A DNA stretch of 64,000 nucleotides from Sphaerodactylus townsendi (Eukaryota): contig NC_059434.1 in assembly GCF_021028975.2 (NCBI RefSeq), positions 48,360,001 to 48,424,000 of the forward strand, read 5' to 3'. A program made the position numbers and the translations under genes. Every line of letters begins with the position of its first letter. The first letter of the stretch is position 1. Under the pieces are notes generated by a model. The model saw nothing but the letters and a program-made list of their open reading frames with translations, searched no databases and was not told the origin of the DNA. Positions 12,366 through 23,570 of the stretch are shown here, piece by piece.

Positions 12366-14544
12366 GAAAAGGGCACATTCATTCATCTCTTTGCTGCATT
12401 ACACTTAGCACTAAATTACCTATAACATCAATTATGAGGGTCTCTTATGATTCTTTTGGATGTTTGTTTTAGACAGATTGTTGCCACGGGTGTTGGGAGC
12501 AGGTCCTCTCCAGAGCAGTGGCTGGTTGCTTAATTTGGAGGGGACAGGTTGGTCAATAAAGCAAAATAGAAGCTCTGATAGAAAGTCAATTTGTAGTGCA
12601 AAAAAAAAATATTTAGGGAATTGGTCAAACATCCATTTGTTTTCCCCTTCCTCAGCTGCTTTGGCTTTTGACAAAAGCATGAGGTTCCGATCTTCTGCAT
12701 CATGTGGTGGTGGAGCCCACTCTTTCTGGCCTTCAAGAGGGGACCTATCTCCATCTAGTCCAGCAATAAGTTTCCAGTACTAGCCAGCCAAATATATCAG
12801 ACCAACTCCTGAGCAGACCTTGTGAGTTACAGCAGTCCCAGTTCTCAGCATACTGTCAAGTGAAAAACTCAGAGGCACACTGGCAGAAAATGATGCCCAG
12901 GGCTAGACAAAAGTTTTCCACCCCTGCCCCCCGCCCCCTGCCCTGCCAGCACCGGGGGCAAGGCCTGGTTTTTCCACCACCCCCCATCAAGCCCCACTTA
13001 TGGCCTCCCTGTCAGCCATGGGGGCCATCCTTGTGCCTCAGCAGCCATGGCTCCCCACTCCAGACTCTTGTGGGGGCGGCAGGCCGCCCAGTCCCCATGC
13101 TTAACTCAGAAGGCCCTGCATCTTTGCCAGGCCGCCTCCACCTGGGCATGTCGTGGGGAGTTTGCAGGAAGGATAAACACTGTTTCTAAAAAATACCCAC
13201 CCACCCCTTCTACTACAGGTTTGTCTGGTAACAAGAACACTGGAACCTTGACACTTGTTTTAAAATGAGTAGAGTATAGGTAGAGGCACTACTGCAAGGT
13301 GGCAGATTTACCCCACATCAGATCCACAAAGATAAATGGGGAAAGCCTGCTATCCAAGGTACTTCAGCCAACTCACAGTTGTCTCTCTGATTTTCTTTCT
13401 TTGTTCAAACTGCCTTTGGGGGGAAGGTTCCGATGGGGGCGGTGATTTGTGAGAGATTTACATGCTTAAAAGTTAATTCCCACTTGCACTGGCTTGGAGC
13501 TGTTTCTGAGGCTAACAACCTACCTCATAGGGTTGGTGTGAGGACAAAATTAGGAAAGAGAGTTGGTGGGGAGAGCCATGTATGTTTTGCTGGTGGTGGG
13601 AGGTGTTTTGTGAGCTGGTACAAAAAATCATTGTTTGGTCGTTGTGGGGGAGGGTGGTCGTCCATACCGGGGGGGGGGGGCACCAAACTCAGATTTTGTC
13701 CCCGGGCTCCAGTTTGCCTAGATTCGCCCCTGGCCTTTACTGAGTACTGGGGCACATTTAATTAATTGAACTTACAGGTGACCACATCTCCAGAACTTGA
13801 GGCAGGGAACTCTATATCTACAATCCTGTGACTTTCCAATAAGTAAGTCCCATTTGAATTCAGTGGGCTTGCCTCTGAATGAACATATTTTTGATGGTAC
13901 CACCCAAAACTTCTGTGAATTTTTAGAAATGTTGTACGGCTTCAGGCGGACATACAGGCACAGACTTTGGCAGAGGAAGAGGATTCTGGACCAACAAATG
14001 ACAGTCACCAAGATTGCCTCTCTATGTATTTTGTGGTCATGATTTGTTAAACTGATGGTATTTTCATTGGAGTTTTGCTGGTTGATTTTAAAAATGGTGG
14101 CAGATTTTGCTGCAAGGAGTGGGATTATTATGGGAGGAAAGTGGTAGCTGCAGTAATGAAAGTTTTATACAATTCACTGAAGTGAACTCGTTTTTTCATG
14201 CCGTTTCCTGTTGTAGCTCTCTGTTTTTAAAGTCCAGGTCTCCTACTTTTGCAGGTGCTAGAGGAAAATGTTAGTGACAGCAACATTTTTTTTCTTTTTG
14301 TCTCTCTTTGGGGAGGGAAAGAGCAGTGCATGATCATAGCGTACACAGCAGGAAAGGATTTTAAAATGTAAACTATATAATGTTAACTATGTTCTACATG
14401 TCAAGATATTGAGACACCAAGGTAAACTTTTTCTGCACCCAGAATTATAAAGCCGGCTACTGAATTGGTCCAATCGGCAACAAATTTAAACCTCGTGAAA
14501 ACTAAATATTTAAAAACTGAGAAGCATTTTTTTTCTTTTATTAG

Positions 14545-14776
14545 GGGAACTACTTGAAAGCCTGTGAATATTTTGATGAGGCATTTTGTGCAGCAAATGT
14601 TCTTGCTGATTTGCCTCTAGTGAATGAAACAAAGGTATTCTGTGGCATTGGGAAAGCTCATAACATGATGATGAAAGTTACCAGTCATACAGAAGCTGCG
14701 GATCACATCGGCATTGAATACCTGCTGGATTGGAAGGGAAATAGAAGTGACATGTGCGCTGACCCTTTTACAGTTG
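14545..14776 (+). CDS. TTC29: TTC29 internal coding exon, 232 nt
   Basis: Acceptor tttttctttttattAG (14543-14544) and donor GTAAG at 14777. Translates GNYLKACEYFDEAFCAANVLADLPLVNETKVFCGIGKAHNMMMKVTSHTEAADHIGIEYLLDWKGNRSDMCADPFTV, matching the TTC29 C-terminal region as recalled (ETKVHYGIAKAHQMM...YLLSWKESR...DP). In frame with the preceding exon. Confidence 0.93.
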
Positions 14777-15105
14777 GTAAGACGCTAGTTATGAAATGCA
14801 TTAGTACTTCATTGTCCTTAATGGCAAAGTCATTTTTCTTGTATTGTTTTATTAAATTACTTGCTAAATTTAATCCCATTTTCCTGAGAGGAGGTTAATT
14901 TTTTAAAAAATGAAATAGATTTATACATGTATTGAAATTATAATAGATACATTCACTAGAAGCTACCAGCATCTTCTGTTGTTCTTCAGGTCACCTCTAT
15001 ATAAAATTTGGAACAGGCCAGGGAAAACTGAATGTTGACAAGTTACAAATTTAAAATTGTTAGAAGACAAGAACAGAAGAGATCAATGATGTTTTATTAT
15101 GACTA

Positions 15106-15356
15106 TCCTGTTTCCCCGAAAATAAGACCTATCCTGAAATAATGATTTTTCAGGATTTTTGGAGGATGCTTGAAATATTAAGCTCTACTCCAAAAATAAG
15201 CCTTAGTTTCAGATTTCCCAGTGCAGGTGATCTGGTCATGTGGGGGGCACAAAATCATGGGGGGGAAAATAAGACATCCCCTAAAAATAAGCCCTAATGC
15301 ATCTTTTGGAGCAAAAATTAATATAAGATCCTGTCTTATTTTCAGGGAAAACACGG
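15106..15356. mobile_element. Tc1/Mariner-type MITE
   Basis: TIR (t)cctgtttccccgaaaataagac ... gtcttattttcagggaaaacacgg, flanked by TA at 15104-15105 and 15357-15358. Internal aaaataag repeats. Confidence 0.8.
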
Positions 15357-15546
15357 TATGTAATCCTTCATATCCTTAACATGGTGAATGTAGTCCCATT
15401 TACAGAATACTTTGTTATCCACACCTATCTATAATCACAAGCTTTATCTCACTAATTCTTCAGAAGGCCAGAGGGTCTAGGTTGTTTATCAGTATACTGG
15501 AAAAAATACAAGTTCTGAATTCCTTTGCTTGATATGTATTTTTCAG

Positions 15547-15590
15547 GCGTCAGATATACAGGTTCACCAGCAGTATCTTATTTTAGCTAA
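15547..15590 (+). CDS. TTC29: Candidate terminal coding exon of TTC29 (GVRYTGSPAVSYFS*)
   Basis: Acceptor gtatttttcAG (15545-15546). Phase 1 fits the previous exon, with stop TAA at 15588-15590. Only weak resemblance (GS..AVS) to the mammalian tail. Confidence 0.4.
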
Positions 15591-17444
15591 TGAAGTTGAA
15601 ATCAGAGTTAAGCTGTAGTTATTTATTAGTTTGGAAAAATGAAATTCTCTTGCAGGAAACTGAAAAAAATTATGTTGCAGGAAAGTGCTTCTTGTGGGTT
15701 CTAATGAGGAAATAGGAATGTGAAACTATCTTGTAAGCACTGCTACTGGAATACTATCAGCATATACCATTGCATCATTGGAATGGGCAACAATTCCGGT
15801 AGCAGCACTTTCCAAAAATACCCCATTCACTTATTTACCCCAGATCCTAAGAAACAACAGGCTTCTCCAACACCTTTAGGAATTATAAAATGTCTCTCAT
15901 AATTCTGCGTTTTTTACTTTGCTTCCAAAAAGTTTTAGAGCTGTAAAAACCCAAAAGTGTAGTATGAAAGCTGAACTACTGTCTTCTGAAAACTCAGATT
16001 CTTGGCAATGTTTGATGAAAGTTTAATGCAGATGTTAGAAGGCAGGTGCAAAAGCTAAGCAGCACCTTTAAGCAATTATAGAAATTTTTCACTTTTTAAC
16101 AAAGCACTCGAAATTATACTGTATTGTTTTGCACAAGTGCATTAGTCCTTTCCTTTTGCACAATTACTCTTACTCATCATCTACTCAACAGAAAATATTA
16201 CTGATTTTCTGAAAGAAGTATGGTTGATCTGATCCTGTTTGGGGGGCAGGGGGGAATAGAAGCTGCTGAAGGATGTACAAGCTGCTTCACTACCAAAGTC
16301 AAGTTGATCGCAAACTGGATTACAAATACTTTGTGTATGCTTGCATTGCTACTTGGGAACTGTTGTGTAATCCCATAACTTCTGACCATATGCCAACATG
16401 ATGAATAGTGCTGACTGATGAATGCTGCGAAAAGCAGCATAGTACTGATTTAAACTGAATCACGACATGTGCATGATATGTCCATGAGCCATAAATATAC
16501 ACAGCAACTGCAATAGATGCAAAGTTACCCAAAACGCTGCTCAGTTTGAATTGTGAACGCAATCAAAAGAGGTACTTGGCTAGAGAGAGAGTAAAGTGTG
16601 ATGTTCAAATATGTTATTTGTAAACAGTGAAGTATCCCTGCTGTGAAACTGTTTACACAAACAGTTTTCTGTATAGAATGGTACCCATACAGCCTTGAGC
16701 TAGGCAGCTACACTGCCACCCAAGTACTGTATGAATAAGCCCAAACTTTTAATTTGATTGTTCCCATCTGTTTCACAACCATGGGAAATTATGATTTGCC
16801 TAAGAATGTGAGGCTCAAAATCAGCCAGTGTGCCACTGAAGCATTGTCAGGCCTGTGTCTGTCAGTTGATGGGTAGCGGGCATTTGCAAAGAGGAATTGT
16901 ATTGTGTATAACTTTGTACTCTGCCTCCTTGTGCAGGCGGCCTTGGCAGCCCCGGAAGAACTGATCTTATCAACTGGGAAGAGTGAACTGTTCCCAGGCT
17001 TGTAGTGCTTTGTAGTGGGAATCGTAGGAGCCATTTGGCTATGGGGGGCGGGGAGCTTTGGGAGATATGGGCAGTAGATTTGAGTGGGAACCTCAGTTTT
17101 CGTCTTTGCTTCATGTTGTCCTTTTAAATTGAAATAAAGACTTTGGAGCAAATCTACAGTTTCTATTATTTTCAGACCTGAAGTCTGACAAGCATTCAAA
17201 TGTAGAGCGTGTGATCACTGCACAAGTAGAATGATAATTTTTGTTCACAGTCATGCAGTTTTTATGAAGTTTTGGAATGTTTAGCATCAAAATCTGCCTC
17301 CTGGTGGTCTTGGAGCACAGTATTTGAGGCTTAGAATTCTGAATCCTACCATGTCATTTTTATTCAGGCTAATTGGTAGGTCACTTCATGTAGAAGGGCA
17401 GTTCAGAACACTCAGTATGCAAACAGTAAGGTTTCTTGTTGGAG

Positions 17445-17690
17445 TGTGTGCGTGTGTGTATGCATGCATGCGTGTAAGGTGTCTTCAAACCACAATTGGC
17501 TTATGGCAATCCAACTGGGTTTCCAAGACAAGAGACTAACAGAAGTGGTTTGCCATTACCTTCCTCTCCATAGTGATTCTGGTATTCCTTGGTCTTCCAT
17601 CTACTTATTAGTCAGGGTAGATTCTGCATAGTTTCTGAAATCTGACAAGATCAAACTAGCTTGGACGATTAGGTCTGGGCCTTCTTGCTA
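17445..17690 (-). mobile_element. Sauria-SINE/BovB-tail-related repeat, degenerate
   Basis: (TG)-rich tail, then ggcttatggcaatcc...ccaagacaagagactaacagaagtggtttgccatt, similar to 35680-35830 and the reverse complement of 19120-19200. Confidence 0.6.
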
Positions 17691-18979
17691 CAGTGGATGG
17701 TTTTTCCTTTATGTTCTGTTTTAGTAGATTAGAGTTTCTGACGAAACTCTTGACTCTGTTATATTTGCATTCTGACAGAGTACATCATGGCATCATATTA
17801 TTTTCAATTCATTAACCGGTATGTTAAACAAAGATATTTTAAAAACTCTTACTTTTCCAACAACTGCTGGGGTAGCACTTGTGAAGGGTTCAATCAAAGA
17901 CTGCCCAGCAGAGTATTACCAGGAACTAAAGGTACCATGCTGTCAGAATGCAGCGCTGGACCATTTCTGAACAAGGCACATAGCCCTAATCCAATAATAA
18001 AACCTTTATTACTTTAAAGAACTTCTCAGAAGCAGAATGCAACTTCTTTTGTGCACTGCTAAATTTACCTGACTCCCAAGTTCCTGGATTATTATTCCAT
18101 TTAGTAGAGATCAGAGAGGCATAGAAAGTTATTTGAAGCACAGAAATGGACTGTTCACTGACTCCCAAGAATGGAAGCTACAGACAGCAGTTTTATATTG
18201 GCCAACTGGACTGGCTATAACTGTGAGCACAACAGCCTTGTTGCAAATAGAAACCTAGAGACAAACTTCTGCAGACCTGTGATGAATTTAAGACAGCAAA
18301 GACAAGATTCAATTTTATGTTCCTCACCTTAAAAGAGAGAGAGAGAGACTGAAGTTGTAGTCCATCAACAATGACAAATGTTCTCAAGCAAGCTCACTGG
18401 GTATTAACTGTTGTACTTTCAGCTGTTTTAGTTCCAGATATTATAACTCCTGATCACTGAGTCCTCCCTGTTATCCAGTGGAGGTGTTCTTCTTCCCACC
18501 CTCAGGAACTCTTTTCATCACTCCACTAATTCAAAGTCTACAATAGCTAATTATTCCTGGTTCCAAAGCAAGATGGGAGTCTTTGCCCCATAATGATTTT
18601 GTGTGCCCAAGCAATTTAAAATGGTTATCTTGTTATCCATCCTTCCTGTGTTAGAAAGAGACATCTAGTTCAAGTAAAACAACCTTTCACATCATGACAA
18701 CAGTATGGCCCATTATCTTGCCTCATGCTTCACTATGACTGGAAAGACTTCTTTACAGAGCTGACTGTTCCACTATTGTGAATGTTCAGGCAATGGGACT
18801 TAATTCCAGATAGAGATTTAGATGCACCTAAATTCTTTTGAACTTCTTGTGGTACTTTGGGGCATTAATATCCTTCACACTGGGTCCTCATTGTTCTTCC
18901 CAGTGCTGAGAAGCAGAAGCTGGAATAGTGGTAGAGGAACATCTATTTTGTTCTGGATAAATTATAACGGGATATACGA

Positions 18980-19212
18980 GAGCCGGCATGGTGAAATAGT
19001 TAAGAGCAGCAGACTCTGATCCGGAGAACTGGATTTAATTTCCCACTCTTCCACATTAAGCCTATTGGATGACCTTGGGCTACTCACTGTTCTCTCAGAG
19101 CTCTGTCAGCCCATGCAGAGGCAAGCAATGACAAACCACCTTGTCTTTTACCTTGAAAACCCTACAGGATTGCTGTAAGTCAGCTATGACTTGATGGCAT
19201 ACACACACATGT
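18980..19212 (+). mobile_element. tRNA-derived SINE with a Sauria-SINE-like tail
   Basis: A-box-like tggtgaaatagttaagagc and B-box-like ggatttaatttccc; ends gtaagtcagctatgacttgatggcatacacacac. Confidence 0.7.
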
Positions 19213-19427
19213 GTGAGAGAAAGAGCTGTTGTTGTGGCAAGTGTTAGCTTACTGAGCCTGAGCAACAGGAAGAAATGTGTTGAACTGACCAAGAAATATT
19301 GAATTCATCAAGAAAATGATACCTAGGAAATACTGGAAAGTAGCTGCAGATTTTTTTTGGCCAGATGTTTTCCCATCTGCAAAGGAAAGCTAAGGAGAAA
19401 GGCGGCCAGATTCAGTTACTATAAGTA

Positions 19428-19660
19428 AGAACATAAAAAAGAGCCTGCTGGATCAGACCAGAGTCCATCTAGTCCAGCTGTCTGCTCCTCGCAGTGGCTC
19501 ACCAGATGCCTTTGGGAGCTCACAAGCAGGATGTGAAAGCAATGGCCTTCTGCTGCTGCTGCTCCCGAGCACCTGGTCTGCTAAGGCATTTGCAATCTCA
19601 GATCAAGGAGGATCAAGATTGGTAGCCATAGATCGACTTCTCCATATATCTGTTCAAGTA
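19428..19660 (+). mobile_element. CR1-type LINE 3' UTR fragment
   Basis: agaacataa...gagcctgctggatcagaccagagtccatctagtccagc is a characteristic squamate CR1 end read from its tail, so the element's sense is probably opposite. Confidence 0.7.
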
Positions 19661-20981
19661 GTATGAAGATGAGAAAAATCCTCTATAAATCTGTTCAAGC
19701 AGTATGAAGATGAGAAAAATTCCTAGTATCCCAGGAATATTAGCGAGATAAAGAATTTAATTCCAGGACATTTCTTTGCATTCTACCCTGTGTTTAATTA
19801 ATAACCACAGTGATATAGGTTACCCAGCAGATCTGGCACTTTTATGACTCCTTTATACAAGAAGAAGCAAACAATTACTCTCTTTTTTGTTTTAATTGCA
19901 GTTTACATTGCTTTTGTTATTTTCCGTGTAATCATTAAGACATTGCCTATATTAACTTTTTATACTTTTCAATTAAATACTTTGTCCTTTCAGTTCAACA
20001 TACATTTAAAAAGTTTCCTCCATCTTCTTTAATAATTCACTTATAACTTTCTTTGCATGATGAATCATTAATTAGATTTCTGTAATAATTTGGTGCCCCT
20101 GAACTTGTTGACTTTGCACACTAAAAGGATGAAATCACACTCATTCCTTTATCATCAAGACCCATTAAGATTTAAGTGAGTGGGCAGCTTCAACCATCTT
20201 AAAAAAATAAATTTGTAATCAGAAATCAATTTATTGGTGCTCAACAAACCACAGTCCAGTCAATGGCTTATTCATACTGTGTTTTTTCATTGGATCAGCA
20301 TGGTCTGCTGAGACAAGCTGGAACCCAGATTTACTTTCCCCAGTGGTAATGGCAAGAATGGGGGCAGGGTGTGTGGAGGTAATGGTTCCATGAAAACAAA
20401 GTCACAGGACCAAGGGGTCTCATTCTGTGGGCCCCTGAACAAGGTGCCCTGAGCCATTCACCATTGTTTCCTGGTGGTGAGGGAGGAATCCATACTTTCT
20501 CCAGGACAAACAATAGCCAAAAGCACACCAAAGGCCTCCCAATGGAAACAGAACTAATAAGCCCAACAGAATCAACATCAAACCAGAGAATCACAGCATG
20601 ACCACAGCCCAACACATCCATTGTCTAACCAGAGAATCCAAGTCCTATCATCAGTAGCAAGGTACAAAAGTCCAGCCCAACAAAGCCAATGTCAAACCAC
20701 AGAATCCAACTAGAACCTAGTGCCAGTGTGGCAACAGGAACCGATTAGACCCAATCTCAAGCCAGAGAATCCCTGCAGATGCAACCAGGCAAGCACCCCC
20801 TAATGTGTAATTCCGTTTGCCTCTGAGAGCTGCTTCCCTCCCTCATGTTTCCTGAGAAACTTGCAAAAAGTGCAAAAAAAAAGCTACACAAGTTTGGTGC
20901 TTTAAAATTCCAGCTCCTGATATCCTTAGGTATTCTGAAAGATTTCCAGGAATATTCAGGATTGGGAGACTGGTATTTAGT

Positions 20982-21045
20982 AAATTCTCTAGTATGTATT
21001 CAAATTCTCTAGTATGTATTCAAATTCTCTAGTATGTATTCAAAT
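20982..21045 (+). repeat. 20-bp minisatellite x3 (AAATTCTCTAGTATGTATTC)
   Basis: Three exact tandem copies visible. Confidence 0.95.
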
Positions 21046-23089
21046 CTGGGATATATTTTAAAAAATCCAATCTGGAATTTTTCAGGTATACTTTTGGACC
21101 AGATACATCTGAGCGCACATCCATAAATCAGACTACACTCTTCTCTATACTTATGAGATCCAGAGGCTGCAGGAGCCAGGGGTGCTGTCACCACTGTGCC
21201 ATTTCCAGAGGACTTCCAAGAGGTGCAGGACTTCCAAGAGGTCCTGAAAATCCTCTGAGATGGACCCCCTCCCCCCATACACCTTCCTGCCTTCCTGAGG
21301 CAGTGCAAACACTCTCGATCAGGCTTCTCAGACTTCCCGTCCTTTCCAGGGACTGCGCTGCTTCAGATGATAGTATGTGTTGATTTAAAAACACTGTTGC
21401 TCAGCCCTATAATTTCCCCAGAAGGTAAATGGATATTTTCCTTTTGGCAAATCTCCAGGTTCAGAAAACAGAATCAAAATTTATTTAACAGAGGAGATGG
21501 GATAGGAGAAAACTTAGATGGAAGGTAAAAAAGCAGGAGAAATATATGTACAACGGCTTTGCCTTAGAATTCCATTTTTGATTTCAGGAACAGGCCCTGG
21601 TTTTACTTAGGCTTATTAAGATTCAATTTCAGTAGCTTAAATTTCCATAAATGGTGCAGTCACAGATTGTTCAGGATTATTACAGGGTTCTAACAGACTA
21701 GTACTTTTCCAAAGTACCCTCACACTCTGCCTTGACTCAAAACCCCAAAACTAAACATGTCAAAACAAAAATCCAATACACCAGACTAACTGCTCCCAGG
21801 AATTCTTCTTTCTAGAAGATCAATTCCTGTCCTGTTTATATAGCCCCTTGTGTAAAGACTCTGTTCTTCCACTTCAGTTTCAGCCCTTCAATAAGCAACC
21901 AGTAGTTTTCTTGTCTGGGCATAATTTTGGTCTCTCATAGCTCAAGCTGTCACCATAGAACTAGTGAGATTCTTCACACTGACTGAAATACTCTCTCAAA
22001 GTAGATATGTTTAACACAACCAGATGTTCACACCCAGGAGTCAGAATCCAAAATCTTCAAACTCCTCCCGTCAGAAAGAAATCCTCTTTCCTCTCTGAGT
22101 CATCCAGTTGTTACATAAATCAGACTGCAGATTAGCGCATCCAATTGGGTTGCTTCCCCTCTTCCTAGGGAGCTTATTCCTCACTCTGAAATGTAAACAA
22201 CCTGACCTTAGACAGACCTGCACTTTCTAGACTCATTTATATTGTGCAGTCTGTCATATCCTCTGTTGGGCCAAACAGACTTATGCAACCCTTTTGGATG
22301 GCCTAAGTCAGAGGTCCACACAGAGGTCATTTCTAGGCCAGAAGACTGATGGAAGCCAACTAAAGTTGACTCTATTTCTAGGAACACCCATAGCCCACCC
22401 ACAGCCATGCCAGTATCCATCTTTAGGCCAGTGCAGCTCCACTGGCAGCTGGCTGTTTTGGGTTAGGCACCATGGAGTTCTGGGGTGCCCTCCTGCCTCA
22501 ATGTTTGCCCTTCCTGCTAGCGTTGGTGCCACTTTTTTGTGTGGGAGTGGTATATACATTTGTGTTTTGTTTTTCACATTAAATGCAACATATTCTGCAT
22601 TCCTTTATTTTTGCTTTTGCCTTGGTGTAGCAGGCTCTCTTTTGTTCCTGGTTGCATCTGCACTACACCTTGTCATTTGTTACCATATTCCACTCAAATA
22701 GTCAGCCTACAGTCACTATAAGTTCTCTCTGTTTCTTTCCTTTTGTTGCCTACCTAGATTCCAGTGGCAATATTTGATTCTCCATATTTTCCTTCTTGGC
22801 AACCAACTTTTTTACCATGGTTACTTGCATCCAGTGTACAACCAATACTGACCTAGCCCTGCTGCTCCACTGGTGCCACCAGTATTGCATCAATCTGTAG
22901 TACAGCCACTGTTACTTCATTCTTCTAGAATGCTGTCAGTACCTTTGATCCTGATACAGCCCACTTTTATATTAACAGGTCTGTATGCCTGTTTATGTAG
23001 TACAGATTTATCCCAATCTTCCCAACTTTTATGACAATATGCATGTGGTCTGGGACCTGCGTGTTTTCTCCCATACAAAGTTACCCACT

Positions 23090-23408
23090 CCCTCAAGTTG
23101 TCTGCAGAGATTCTGCTTTGGTTCCCTCCACCATCTGAGGCTCGACGAGAAAGAGCCTCTTTTTTGGTTGTAGCACCAAAACGTTGGAATTCCCTCTTTA
23201 GGGAAATTCATCTGTCTCCTTTGACTTTTTTGTTTTATTTGTTATTCCCTCAATAATGGGTTTTGGATCTCCTTCTAGTGTTGTTTTTGTTTGTTTGTTT
23301 TTAATTGAATTTTATATTTTAACCGTATTTAATTGTTTTAATGTTTATCATCTTGTAAATCTTGATTGTATGGAAAGGCAGCATAAAAATGTTTTAAATC
23401 AATAAATG
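23090..23408 (+). mobile_element. L2-like LINE 3' end
   Basis: gtagcaccaaaacgttggaattccctc (APKRWNSL, a LINE ORF2 C-terminal motif), followed by a T-rich UTR and an aataaat tail. Confidence 0.6.
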
Positions 23409-23419
23409 GTTGTCCACTC

Positions 23420-23570
23420 CCTGGTTTTTTTTCCTCCCAGCAACACTGTAAGGTGGGTAGGTTGATCTGAGATAAAACAGCTGAGGAACCACTAATTTTC
23501 ATGGCAGAATGCTTATTTGAACCTGGTCTCCCAGATTCTAAAACACTATTCTGACCACTACACCACATTT
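23420..23570 (-). mobile_element. Old tRNA-derived SINE
   Basis: tttgaacctggtctcccagattc...tgaccactacaccaca contains A/B boxes on the minus strand. Confidence 0.65.

Larger units (their letters stand above)
9939..13732 (+). mobile_element. Composite non-autonomous hAT-type DNA transposon, copy 1 (3794 bp), in a TTC29 intron
   Basis: Perfect 8-bp TSD GCCTTTAC at 9931-9938 and 13733-13740. Imperfect TIRs CACTGGAGGACTTG / (rc) CAGGGGCGAATCTA. Both ends coincide with those of the second copy at 38337-41551. No transposase ORF. Confidence 0.92.

Noticed and set aside
14554-14898. 114-aa single-exon ORF
   Set aside because: It is the TTC29 exon plus intronic read-through past the GT donor at 14777.
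19649-19720. 31-bp direct repeat at the edge of the CR1 fragment
   Set aside because: A simple local duplication with no evidence of function.
21395-22215. Possible solo LTR (minus-strand TATA and poly(A)-like signals); similar impression at 20210-20830
   Set aside because: I could not identify matching TG...CA ends with a TSD, so there is not enough support.
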